This document shows, piece by piece, positions 10,202 through 20,424 of a DNA stretch of 64,000 nt (positions within the stretch are counted from its first letter, which is position 1; every line of letters starts with the position of its first letter). Origin of the DNA: Escherichia phage vB_EcoM-fFiEco06; the sequence record NC_054914.1, one strand, 5' to 3'. A model generated the notes under the pieces. It did not search any database. It was not told the origin of the DNA and saw nothing but the letters and a program-made list of their open reading frames with translations. The position numbers and the translations under genes were made by a program.

Positions 10202-11370
10202 GTATGTTACAACGTCCTGGATATCCAAATCTCAGCGTTAAATTATTTGAGAGTTATGACGCTTGGAGTAATAATAGATTTGTTGAATTAGCTGCTACTA
10301 TTACCACATTAACTATGCGTGACTCTCTTTATGGTCGAAATGAAGGAATGCTACAATTTTATGATTCTAAAAACATCCATACAAAAATGGATGGAAATGA
10401 AATAATTCAGATTTCTGTAGCTAATGCAAATGATATTAATAATGTTAAAACACGAATTTATGGATGTAAGCATTTTTCCGTGTCAGTAGATTCAAAAGGC
10501 GATAACATCATTGCTATTGAATTGGGAACTATTCATTCTATAGAAAATCTTAAATTTGGTAGACCATTTTTCCCTGATGCCGGTGAATCTATAAAAGAAA
10601 TGCTTGGTGTCATTTATCAAGACCGTACATTATTAACTCCAGCAATAAATGCTATAAATGCTTATGTTCCTGATATTCCATGGACTAGCACATTTGAAAA
10701 CTATTTGTCATATGTCAGAGAAGTTGCTCTAGCTGTAGGAAGTGACAAATTTGTATTTGTATGGCAAGACATCATGGGAGTTAACATGATGGACTATGAT
10801 ATGATGATAAATCAAGAACCATATCCAATGATTGTAGGTGAGCCAACTTTAATAGGTCAATTCGTCCAAGAATTGAAATATCCATTAGCATATGATTTTG
10901 TTTGGTTGACTAAATCAAACCCGCATAAACGTGATCCAATGAAAAATGCTACTATCTATGCTCATTCGTTTTTAGATTCTTCACTGCCAATGATTACTAC
11001 AGGAAAGGGTGAAAACTCTATTGTAGTGTCAAGGTCAGGTGCTTATTCTGAAATGACTTATAGAAATGGCTATGAAGAAGCTATTCGTCTTCAAACTATG
11101 GCGCAATATGATGGCTATGCTAAATGTTCTACTGTCGGTAATTTTAACTTGACTCCTGGTGTTAAAATTATTTTTAATGATAGTAAAAACCAATTTAAAA
11201 CAGAATTTTACGTTGATGAAGTTATCCATGAATTATCAAATAATAATTCAGTAACTCATCTATATATGTTCACTAATGCGACGAAACTGGAAACAATAGA
11301 CCCAGTTAAGGTTAAAAATGAATTTAAATCTGATACTACCACTGAAGAAAGTAGTTCTTCCAATAAGTAA
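10198..11370 (+). CDS. 27: Baseplate hub protein gp27
   Basis: 390 aa; synteny and size. Confidence 0.9.
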
Positions 11371-11851
11371 TAAAGAAGTTTCTATTCCTAAGATGGGTCT
11401 TAAACATTATAACATTTTAAAAGATGTTAAAGGTCCTGATGAAAATTTAAAACTTCTTATTGATTCTATTTGTCCGAATTTATCACCGGCAGAAGTTGAT
11501 TTCGTTTCCATTCATTTATTGGAATTTAATGGAAAGATTAAATCCCGTAAAGAAATAGATGGTTATACTTATGACATTAATGATGTTTATGTGTGCCAAA
11601 GATTAGAATTTCAATACCAAGGAAATACATTTTATTTTAGACCTCCTGGAAAATTTGAGCAATTTTTGACAGTAAGCGATATGTTATCTAAATGCTTGCT
11701 TAAGGTCAATGATGAAGTTAAAGAAATTAATTTTCTTGAGATGCCAGCATTTGTTTTAAAATGGGCAAATGATATTTCTACAACTTTAGCAATTCCTGGC
11801 CCTAATGGTCCAATAACCGGAATTGGCAATATTATTGGATTATTTGAATGA
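11318..11851 (+). CDS. 28: Baseplate hub protein gp28
   Basis: 177 aa; overlaps the end of gene 27. Confidence 0.85.
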   Translation: MNLNLILPLKKVVLPISNKEVSIPKMGLKHYNILKDVKGPDENLKLLIDSICPNLSPAEVDFVSIHLLEFNGKIKSRKEIDGYTYDINDVYVCQRLEFQYQGNTFYFRPPGKFEQFLTVSDMLSKCLLKVNDEVKEINFLEMPAFVLKWANDISTTLAIPGPNGPITGIGNIIGLFE

Positions 11852-13620
11852 AAAAGCCACAAGAAATGCAAACGATGCGTAGAAAAGTTATTTCAGATAA
11901 TAAACCAACACAGGAAGCGGCTAAATCCGCTTCTAATACTTTATCTGGTCTTAATGACATTTCTACAAAATTAGATGATGCTCAAGCTGCCTCTGAATTA
12001 ATAGCTCAGACTGTTGAAGAAAAATCAAATGAAATAGTTGGAGCAATTGATAACGTTGAAAGCGCAGTGAGTGATACTACTGCCGGTTCTGAGTTAATTG
12101 CCGAGACTGTTGAAATTGGCAATAATATCAATAAAGAAATAGGCGAATCACTCGGAAGCAAATTAGATAAATTAACGAGTTTATTAGAACAAAAAATTCA
12201 AACAGCTGGAATTCAACAGACTGGAACGAGTTTAGCAGTAGTCGAAAATGCTATTCCTGTTAAAGTCGTCGAGGATGATACAGCTGAATCTGTGGGTCCT
12301 TTATTACCGGCTCCTGAAGCAGTTAATAATGATCCTGATGCTGATTTTTTCCCTACTCCTCAGCCAATTGAACCAAAACAAGAGTCTCCAGAAGAGAAGC
12401 AAAAAAGAGACGCATTTAACTTAAAATTATCTCAAGCTTTAGATAAATTAACAAAGACAGTTGATTTCGGATTTAAGAAATCTATTTCAATTACTGATAA
12501 AATATCTAGCATGCTATTTAAGTATACCGTCAGTGCTGCTATTGAAGCTGCTAAAATGGTTGCATTGATAATGGCTGTTGTTATTGGAATAGACCTGCTG
12601 ATGGTTCATTTTAAATACTGGTCAGATAAATTTTCAAAAGCCTGGGATTTATTTAGCACTGATTTTAAAACTTTCTCAAGCGAAACAGGAACTTGGGGCC
12701 CTTTATTACAAAGCATCTTTGAATCTATTGATGAAATTAAAAAGTTCTGGGAAGCTGGAGATTGGGGCGGATTAACAGTAGCTATTGTTGAAGGGCTTGG
12801 AAGTGTTCTTTATAATTTAGGAGAGCTTATTCAATTAGGTATGGCTAAATTATCTGCAGCAATTCTTCGAGTCATTCCTGGCATGAAGGATACTGCTGAT
12901 GAAGTAGAAGGAAGAGCATTAGAAAATTTCCAAAATTCTACTGGAGCATCTCTTAATAAAGAAGACCAAGAAAAAGTAGCAAATTATCAAGATAAACGAA
13001 TGAATGATGATCTTGGCCCAATAGCAAAAGGATTAGACAAAATTGCGAACTGGAAAACTCGTGCATCTAACTGGATTCGTGGTGTAGATAATAAAGAAGC
13101 ATTGACTACTGACGAAGAACGTGCAGCAGAAGAAGAAAAATTAAAACAACTTTCACCGGAAGAAAGAAAAAATGCTTTAATGAAAGCTAATGAAGCTCGT
13201 GCTGCGATGATTCGTTTTGAAAAATATGCTGATTCAGCTGATATGAGCAAAGACTCGACAGTTAAATCAATTGAAGCTGCTCATGAAGACCTTAAAAAAC
13301 GAATGAATGATCCGGATTTAAATAATTCACCAGCAGTTAAAAAAGAACTTGCTTCTAGATTTGCTAAAATTGATGCCACTTATCAAGAGCTCAAGAAAAA
13401 TCAACCTGAAGCAAAACCTGAAACTTCTGCTAAATCACCAGAAGCAAAACAGGTCCAGGTGATTGAAAAGAACAAAGCACAACAAGCTCCTGTTCAACAA
13501 GCATCTCCTTCAATCAATAATACTAATAATGTTATTAAGAAAAATACTGTCGTTCATAATATGACACCTGTCACAAGCACAACTGCTCCTGGTGTATTTG
13601 GTGCGACGGGAGTTAATTAA
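11848..13620 (+). CDS. 29: Tail tube tape-measure / baseplate hub protein gp29
   Basis: 590 aa; extended helical region and a hydrophobic segment. Confidence 0.9.
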   Translation: MKKPQEMQTMRRKVISDNKPTQEAAKSASNTLSGLNDISTKLDDAQAASELIAQTVEEKSNEIVGAIDNVESAVSDTTAGSELIAETVEIGNNINKEIGESLGSKLDKLTSLLEQKIQTAGIQQTGTSLAVVENAIPVKVVEDDTAESVGPLLPAPEAVNNDPDADFFPTPQPIEPKQESPEEKQKRDAFNLKLSQALDKLTKTVDFGFKKSISITDKISSMLFKYTVSAAIEAAKMVALIMAVVIGIDLLMVHFKYWSDKFSKAWDLFSTDFKTFSSETGTWGPLLQSIFESIDEIKKFWEAGDWGGLTVAIVEGLGSVLYNLGELIQLGMAKLSAAILRVIPGMKDTADEVEGRALENFQNSTGASLNKEDQEKVANYQDKRMNDDLGPIAKGLDKIANWKTRASNWIRGVDNKEALTTDEERAAEEEKLKQLSPEERKNALMKANEARAAMIRFEKYADSADMSKDSTVKSIEAAHEDLKKRMNDPDLNNSPAVKKELASRFAKIDATYQELKKNQPEAKPETSAKSPEAKQVQVIEKNKAQQAPVQQASPSINNTNNVIKKNTVVHNMTPVTSTTAPGVFGATGVN

Positions 13621-13628
13621 GGAATAAT

Positions 13629-14723
13629 ATGGCAATTGTTAAAGAAATAACTGCTGATTTAATTAAAAAGTCCGGTGAAACAATTTCAGCCGGACAGAGT
13701 ACTAAATCAGAAGTAGGAACTAAAACATACACAGCCCAGTTTCCAACTGGGCGTGCTAGTGGTAATGACACTACAGGGGACTTCCAGGTAACAGATCTAT
13801 ATAAGAATGGATTATTATTTACTGCATACAATATGTCATCTAGGGATTCTGGAAGTCTTAGAACGATGAGATCTAACTACTCTTCTTCATCTTCGAGTAT
13901 TTTACGTACAGCCAGAAACACTATCAGTAATACAGTATCAAAACTATCAAATGGACTAATATCAGATAATAATTCAGGAACAATAAGTAAAGTTCCTGTT
14001 GCAAATATTCTTTTACCTAGATCTAAATCTGACGTCGATACGTCATCACATAGATTTAATGATGTTCAAGATAGTCTTATTACAAAAGGTGGAGGTACTG
14101 CTACTGGTGTGCTAAGCAATATGGCTTCAACCGCAGTATTTGGAGCGCTGGAAAGTATAACACAAGGTATAATGGCTGATAATAATGAACAGATTTATAC
14201 GACAGCCAGAAGCATGTACGGCGGTGCTGAAAATAGAACTAAAGTGTTCACTTGGGATTTGACTCCGCGCTCAACAGAAGATTTAATGGCTATTATTAAT
14301 ATCTATCAGTATTTTAACTATTTTTCTTACGGTGAAACTGGTAAATCTCAATATGCTGCTGAAATAAAAGGATATTTAGATGAGTGGTACCGTTCTACTT
14401 TTATTGAGCCGTTAACTCCAGAAGATGCAGTTAAAAATAAGACGTTATTTGAGAAAATGACATCGAGTTTAACTAACGTTCTTGTAGTTTCAAACCCGAC
14501 AATTTGGATGGTGAAAAACTTTGGTGCAACATCTAAGTTTGATGGAAAAACGGAAATATTCGGTCCATGTCAAATCCAGAGTATCAGATTTGATAAAACA
14601 CCTAATGGTAACTTTAACGGATTAGCTATTGCTCCAAATCTCCCTAGTACATTTACTCTCGAGATTACTATGAGAGAAATTATCACGTTAAACCGTGCTT
14701 CTTTATATGCGGGGACTTTTTAA
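13629..14723 (+). CDS. 48: Baseplate-tail tube junction protein gp48
   Basis: 364 aa; synteny. Confidence 0.9.
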   Translation: MAIVKEITADLIKKSGETISAGQSTKSEVGTKTYTAQFPTGRASGNDTTGDFQVTDLYKNGLLFTAYNMSSRDSGSLRTMRSNYSSSSSSILRTARNTISNTVSKLSNGLISDNNSGTISKVPVANILLPRSKSDVDTSSHRFNDVQDSLITKGGGTATGVLSNMASTAVFGALESITQGIMADNNEQIYTTARSMYGGAENRTKVFTWDLTPRSTEDLMAIINIYQYFNYFSYGETGKSQYAAEIKGYLDEWYRSTFIEPLTPEDAVKNKTLFEKMTSSLTNVLVVSNPTIWMVKNFGATSKFDGKTEIFGPCQIQSIRFDKTPNGNFNGLAIAPNLPSTFTLEITMREIITLNRASLYAGTF

Positions 14724-15688
14724 TGTATTCTTTAGAGGAATTTAATAATCAAGCAATAAACGCAGATTTCCAACGTAATAATATGTTCAGCTGTGTTTTT
14801 GCTACAACTCCATCAACTAAAAGCTCTTCGTTGATAAGTTCAATTAGCAACTTTTCTTATAATAACTTGGGCCTAAATTCAGATTGGTTAGGATTAACTC
14901 AAGGCGATATTAATCAGGGAATTACTACGCTAATTACAGCTGGCACACAAAAACTGATAAGAAAATCAGGGGTTAGTAAATATCTTATTGGTGCCATGAG
15001 TCAACGTACAGTTCAAAGTTTATTAGGCTCATTTACAGTTGGTACATATTTAATTGACTTCTTTAACGTGGCATATAACTCATCTGGATTGATGATATAC
15101 TCTGTAAAAATGCCAGAGAATAGATTATCCTATGAAACTGACTGGAACTATAATTCTCCTAATATTCGTATAACTGGGAGAGAATTAGACCCTTTGGTTA
15201 TTTCATTCAGAATGGATTCAGAAGCTTGTAACTATCGTGCAATGCAAGACTGGGTTAACGCTGTTCAAGACCCAGTAACTGGATTGCGTGCTTTGCCGCA
15301 AGATGTCGAGGCAGATATTCAGGTTAATCTTCATTCTCGCAATGGATTACCACATACTGCGGTGATGTTCACTGGATGCATTCCAGTGTCCGTAAGCGCT
15401 CCTGAGTTATCATATGATGGAGATAACCAAATAACTACATTTGATGTTACTTTTGCGTATAGAGTGATGCAGGCTGGAGCAGTTGATAGACAAGCTGCCC
15501 TTGAATGGCTTGAATCTGCTACTATAAATGGTATTCAAAGCGTTCTCGGAAATAGTGGAGGTGTTACTGGACTATCTAATTCGCTTTCACGACTTAGTAG
15601 ATTAGGGGGAACTGCAGGAAGCATTTCAAATATTAATACTATGACAGGAATTGTCAATTCGCAGAGTAAAATATTAGGAGCAATATAA
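14723..15688 (+). CDS. 54: Baseplate tail tube initiator gp54
   Basis: 321 aa; synteny. Confidence 0.9.
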   Translation: MYSLEEFNNQAINADFQRNNMFSCVFATTPSTKSSSLISSISNFSYNNLGLNSDWLGLTQGDINQGITTLITAGTQKLIRKSGVSKYLIGAMSQRTVQSLLGSFTVGTYLIDFFNVAYNSSGLMIYSVKMPENRLSYETDWNYNSPNIRITGRELDPLVISFRMDSEACNYRAMQDWVNAVQDPVTGLRALPQDVEADIQVNLHSRNGLPHTAVMFTGCIPVSVSAPELSYDGDNQITTFDVTFAYRVMQAGAVDRQAALEWLESATINGIQSVLGNSGGVTGLSNSLSRLSRLGGTAGSISNINTMTGIVNSQSKILGAI

Positions 15689-15692
15689 CAAT

Positions 15693-15710
15693 GGGGACCT
15701 TTCGGTCCCC
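15693..15710. terminator. Bidirectional terminator hairpin (ggggacc-tttc-ggtcccc) between gene 54 and the alt cluster
   Basis: 7-bp GC stem; T-run on the plus side. Confidence 0.6.
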
Positions 15711-15716
15711 ATATTT

Positions 15717-16007
15717 TTATTTACGGAATGAAATGAAAGCAGAAACTGAAGCAACTAAACTGTCTTCAATATAAACTTCAATTTTTACCGGAGCTTCTGA
15801 CTCAAATTTACCTGTTACTACACCTTGGAAAATACTTTCAGTCTGTTCTGGCTTTGAAAAATTTTCAGAAGGAAAAATTCCGAACTTTTTATCTGTTCCA
15901 AAAATTTTGATAAATTCATCGTAAACTGCTTCATTAAAAGCATTATCAGCAGGAATAACTCCTTCAACTACAAGTTCTTGACCTAAAAAGCGCAAAGAAG
16001 ATTTCAT
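15717..16007 (-). CDS. Hypothetical protein (T4 alt.-3-like position)
   Basis: 96-aa ORF; has its own early promoter/SD cassette (16016..16068). Confidence 0.65.
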   Translation of the reverse strand: MKSSLRFLGQELVVEGVIPADNAFNEAVYDEFIKIFGTDKKFGIFPSENFSKPEQTESIFQGVVTGKFESEAPVKIEVYIEDSLVASVSAFISFRK

Positions 16008-16015
16008 TTTGTGTT

Positions 16016-16068
16016 CCTCATGTTATGTCAGTAAGACTACTATAACACAACACGAGGGACTTGTAAAC
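16016..16068 (-). promoter_or_regulatory. Early promoter/stem-loop cassette, copy A (identical to 31830..31882)
   Basis: Minus strand: GTTTAC (-35), 17-bp spacer, TTATAGT (-10), then GAGG Shine-Dalgarno; 12-bp imperfect inverted repeat brackets the -10. Confidence 0.6.
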
Positions 16069-18125
16069 TACATTTTGAACTTTTTAGACATTCCGTTGAT
16101 GTTAACCAAAGAAGTCAAGATTTGAGAAACTTCATTTTCCTCTTCTTTTGATTCTTCTACAAGGAATTGATTAAATCCAGCCATTGGACGAACTTCACCA
16201 GTTTCCATTAGATGGTCTCCATCATATACTGATTCTTCTAATTGTTCAGAAGGAGGAACGATTGTACCTTCGATTAGATACTTGTTATAAGCAGTTTCTT
16301 TCATAAAGTACGTACTTACTTTATTAATCTTCAGTAAAATTCCACGTGGTAGAATAACTTCAGCTTCTGATGGAAATCCTGATAAATGACCTGGAACGAT
16401 AACTTTGATTCGCTCAGCTCCTTTAATTACCATACCCACGCTAGTTTCTGCATCTTCATTAGCATATGTAGAATGACTACCCATATGCATCAAATCTTCT
16501 GCATCAACGGAACCTTCTCCTTCACCAGAAAATACTGCGCCGGAATCATCTAGAGCCATATAGTTTTTACCATGCTCACCGAAGATATTTGGTTTAAGCG
16601 ATGTGGATACGAAGTTCTTGAAATAGAACATTTTATTTTCAATGTTATGACGCAAAGTTTTAAAGGTAACTTCTTGCCCACGGTAAAGTGTAGTTCCTGG
16701 AGGAAGAACTGATCCTTTGGCAAAGGCAGAATCTAACGTCTCGATGTGCTTAATAGCTCGTTCCATGTATTCTTCACGGGTAGAATCTGGTTTACCCAAA
16801 AGGAACGAGTTCATTTCAACATATGAATCTGCACAATAATCTTCAATTACATCAGATTCAGCCTGAGTCAGTCCTTTTGGAGCTACTTCGGTGCTTGCGT
16901 ATTCATATGCCTGGGCAGCAGATTCATTAATCAATTTATAAATGCCATTCATTACAAATTGAATAATAGCTGTCTTTTCATCTGGTGTGGTTTTAGAACC
17001 TTTAACTAAATCATTAATAATTTTCTTAATAACATCAAAGCTATTAGAAATATTAATGTCAGCAAGATCGCTTAAAATTTTATCAGTTTTATAATCAAAG
17101 AATTCTTTATTCTTTAAATATTCTTGAGAACCTTGATATGTTATATCGCTCTGCAACTTGATAGATGGATCACGTAAACGTGCATGGGCCAATGCAATAT
17201 GATTTCGGAAGCTTTCTAGTTCATAATCGCTAGATTTAAAACGAGAAGCACTTCTCATACCACCGATAGCTCCTTTGCTGAAGTTTGAACCAATCTGGAT
17301 AACGCCAGAGTTCATTGGTCCTTCTGCTTTATATACCGGAACTTTAGATTCAAACTCTTGATATTTCTTGGCAGCGAAGCTATCACCCTGTAGCGAAGCA
17401 TCGACAGTAGAATATTGAGCTTGTGCTGCTAATCGACGACTAATTTTAGTTTTCTGAATAACAGCTTGGTCCGTGCGCTTATCATTTTCTAAAGCAATAG
17501 AAGCAGCAACAGCGACAGCTTTAGGAACAGCATTTCCTGTTTTAACGTCTACATAAACATCACCGACCTTTGATTCAACTTTTGTGAATAACTCAGTTGA
17601 AATGGGAGGTACACCTGGAATGTCTTCTAAATTGGCATTTTTACGGTAAACCATAATATATGCGTACTTTTTATCGTAATCCCAGATTTCCTTTAAAAGA
17701 ACATATCGACCTGCTCCTTTAGTACGTACTAAACGGTCAGCAATAACTTGCATTTGACGAGCTGCGCCATTTGTTTTACTCTTTAGTACACGGAATAAGC
17801 ACGCGTCAATTTTATACTGCTTCATTGTTTGAAGAGCAGTATCAAAAACGGCATTAATGACACCAATTGGATTTCCACCCAAGTTTTTAAGCTTAACTAA
17901 TGATAGTTTCTCATTAACACCTATCATTACGATATGCATCATTTTATCGCCTGGCTTAACGTTTTTATTCGTATCACCACCAGAGGTGTATGTACAAAAT
18001 CTAAATCCAGGAAGCACGCTTTCTTCGCCGGCTTGAATAGCAAAAATTTGTGGTATTTTATGCTTAGGATTTAAGTTAACAACCGGCGCCGAAGCGCCGT
18101 CAAATAATTCTGTAATAAGTTCCAT
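16068..18125 (-). CDS. Alt-like ADP-ribosyltransferase, diverged tandem paralog
   Basis: 685 aa; N-terminus MELITELFD… nearly identical to Alt; R-S-E ART motifs (LYRGQ, FVSTSL, EAEVILPRG). Confidence 0.85.
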   Translation of the reverse strand: MELITELFDGASAPVVNLNPKHKIPQIFAIQAGEESVLPGFRFCTYTSGGDTNKNVKPGDKMMHIVMIGVNEKLSLVKLKNLGGNPIGVINAVFDTALQTMKQYKIDACLFRVLKSKTNGAARQMQVIADRLVRTKGAGRYVLLKEIWDYDKKYAYIMVYRKNANLEDIPGVPPISTELFTKVESKVGDVYVDVKTGNAVPKAVAVAASIALENDKRTDQAVIQKTKISRRLAAQAQYSTVDASLQGDSFAAKKYQEFESKVPVYKAEGPMNSGVIQIGSNFSKGAIGGMRSASRFKSSDYELESFRNHIALAHARLRDPSIKLQSDITYQGSQEYLKNKEFFDYKTDKILSDLADINISNSFDVIKKIINDLVKGSKTTPDEKTAIIQFVMNGIYKLINESAAQAYEYASTEVAPKGLTQAESDVIEDYCADSYVEMNSFLLGKPDSTREEYMERAIKHIETLDSAFAKGSVLPPGTTLYRGQEVTFKTLRHNIENKMFYFKNFVSTSLKPNIFGEHGKNYMALDDSGAVFSGEGEGSVDAEDLMHMGSHSTYANEDAETSVGMVIKGAERIKVIVPGHLSGFPSEAEVILPRGILLKINKVSTYFMKETAYNKYLIEGTIVPPSEQLEESVYDGDHLMETGEVRPMAGFNQFLVEESKEEENEVSQILTSLVNINGMSKKFKM

Positions 18126-18128
18126 GAT

Positions 18129-20183
18129 TTATCCTTGAACGAACTTGTAAGGCATGTTTGCAATATCTATACAAGACGCAATAATTCCAAGAGATGATTC
18201 TACTTTCTGTTTAACGTTTGATGAAACAAATGATGTAAAGTCAACTCTGTCTTCTATTTCAATATCACCTGTCATTGCAACTACTTCGCCGGTTTCCATT
18301 AGACGGTCACCGTCATAAATTACCGATTCGGTGAGTTCTTCTGTGGTCATAACTTCAGCTTGAATAAGCTTGTTGTTAGTTTTAACTGTTCCATCATTGT
18401 AAGATGCATCGGTTATTTTATTAACTTTGACCATTAATCCACGTGGCAAAATGACTTCCATTTCATTTGAAGGTGCTAAACTTCCACCTGGTAAAACAAC
18501 ATTGACTTTATCAGCCCCAGTAATAACCCATCCAATTCCAACTAAATTATCGCTAGAATTTACTAGTCCTTCATCAGTTTTATCAATAGAAACACTTAAA
18601 CGCTTTTCGTCTGGTAAAACACCCACAGATGAATCAGTCATCCAGGTACCAAAAATATTTGGATATAATGATGTTGACACAAAATTTCTAAAATAAAAAA
18701 CTCGATTTTTTACCAGTGCTTCATATATTGAAGGTAACATTCGTTGTGAACGATACAAAGTAATACCTTTTGGTAATCGTTCACCATTTTTAAAGGCAGA
18801 ATCTAAATTATCAATAGCTTTTTCTATATCAGATGCTGTCAAAATACTTGTACGCTCATCTGGATTATATAATCCCAAAAGAGCGTTATTTATGTCTACA
18901 TATCCTGAACTTACGTATTCACGAATTCCGCGTTTTTGTGCCGGTGTGTATTTAGATGAATCTTTATTTTCGACTATAGGATGTAGTGACCATCCAGCGG
19001 TAAGAGCATATCCACGCAATTCTCTTCGAATAATCTTTGTTTTTATTGCATTCCAAGAATTTTGTACTAACTCATTCGCAGCATCTTGATTTAAATGCGA
19101 ATGCTTGTTAATGTTTCTTTCTAACCAAGCACCTTTATATTTTTCTAAAGTATCATCAACTATAGAAGCAATAGTTTCTAAAGTTTTTATTGAAGTAATA
19201 GATTCTTTTCGTAATCTTTCTAAAGCTTTATTTTTTATTTCTGCATTAACATCAGATTCTTTATCTTCAGGAATTATAGAAGCTTCTCTGAATGCCATTC
19301 CAGCTGTAACACTACTAAGAGCATTCTCTAATGCAAATCCTGAAGTAGAAATAACAGTTAATTCATTAGCGTCAGAAATTAAAGGAGCGTCAGCAGGTTT
19401 ATTTAATTCTGCTGCTGAAGCCTCAAATTTTTGAAACATCGGCGTTTCAAATCTAGAAGATTCCAATGATTGACTTTGCGCAATTGCTCTACGGGAAATT
19501 TTAACTTTAACGATTACAGCTTGGTCAGAACGTTTATCATTTTCTTGCGCAATAGATGCTGCAATTGCCTCATTTTTAGTTACTTGAGCTCCAGTATCTT
19601 TATTGATATAAACATCACCGACCTTCGATTCAACTTTAGTAAAGAGCTCAGTACTAATTTCCGGAACTCCCGGAATGTCTTCTAGTGATACATTTTTGCG
19701 ATGTATAAGAATATATGCATACTTTTTATCGTAATCCCAGAGTTCCTTAAGAAGGACATATCTGCCACCTGAACGACTACGGATAAGTCTATCAGCAATA
19801 ACTTGAATTTGTCGAGCTTGACCAGCGGTTTTAGACTTAAGAATACGAAGCATACAGGCATCAATTTTATACTGACGCATTGTTTGCATCGCAACAGTAA
19901 AAACTGAATTGATATAATTAATTGGGCTTGGACCAAGACCTTTTAATTTAGCAATTGAACCTTTAGCAGTTAATGTAAAAGGAACAATATGCATCATTTT
20001 ATCGCCCATCTTTAAATCGCGATTAGTATCACCTCCAGATGTATAGGTACATAAACGAAAGCCTGGTTGTTCAATTGCATCATCAACATGAACTGAAAAA
20101 ATTTGCGGTATTTTCTTCTTTGGATTTAAGTTTGTAATCGGAAGAGTAGTATCTTCGTCAAATAATTCTGTAATAAGTTCCAT
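18129..20183 (-). CDS. alt: Alt ADP-ribosyltransferase (packaged internal head protein)
   Basis: About 684 aa from the second Met; ART motifs LYRSQ, FVSTSL, EMEVILPRG; N-terminal ITE prohead-protease-type site. Confidence 0.88.
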   Translation of the reverse strand: MELITELFDEDTTLPITNLNPKKKIPQIFSVHVDDAIEQPGFRLCTYTSGGDTNRDLKMGDKMMHIVPFTLTAKGSIAKLKGLGPSPINYINSVFTVAMQTMRQYKIDACMLRILKSKTAGQARQIQVIADRLIRSRSGGRYVLLKELWDYDKKYAYILIHRKNVSLEDIPGVPEISTELFTKVESKVGDVYINKDTGAQVTKNEAIAASIAQENDKRSDQAVIVKVKISRRAIAQSQSLESSRFETPMFQKFEASAAELNKPADAPLISDANELTVISTSGFALENALSSVTAGMAFREASIIPEDKESDVNAEIKNKALERLRKESITSIKTLETIASIVDDTLEKYKGAWLERNINKHSHLNQDAANELVQNSWNAIKTKIIRRELRGYALTAGWSLHPIVENKDSSKYTPAQKRGIREYVSSGYVDINNALLGLYNPDERTSILTASDIEKAIDNLDSAFKNGERLPKGITLYRSQRMLPSIYEALVKNRVFYFRNFVSTSLYPNIFGTWMTDSSVGVLPDEKRLSVSIDKTDEGLVNSSDNLVGIGWVITGADKVNVVLPGGSLAPSNEMEVILPRGLMVKVNKITDASYNDGTVKTNNKLIQAEVMTTEELTESVIYDGDRLMETGEVVAMTGDIEIEDRVDFTSFVSSNVKQKVESSLGIIASCIDIANMPYKFVQG

Positions 20184-20206
20184 CATAGCCTCTCTAGTGT
20201 TTATTC

Positions 20207-20214
20207 TATTTATA
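20207..20214 (-). promoter_or_regulatory. Late promoter TATAAATA (minus strand) upstream of alt
   Basis: Plus-strand tatttata about 25 nt upstream of the alt start. Confidence 0.55.
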
Positions 20215-20235
20215 AAATTAAAGGCCCGAAGGCCT

Positions 20236-20424
20236 TTAATAATCTAGTGGTAAGAGAGTACGGTATATTTCAAACTTTGGACCTTTTTCATAGGCATCAA
20301 ATGTTTCTGTGAATTTATTATAAGCGTATGCATCTACAAATTCGAGAATGACTTGTGATACAGAAGTAGAAACATCTCCACCTTCTTTTTGAGCAATGAC
20401 AATTGTTTCTAAGTAAGCTTTCAT
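20236..20424 (-). CDS. Hypothetical small protein
   Basis: 62-aa ORF, overlaps the gene 30 stop. Confidence 0.5.
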   Translation of the reverse strand: MKAYLETIVIAQKEGGDVSTSVSQVILEFVDAYAYNKFTETFDAYEKGPKFEIYRTLLPLDY

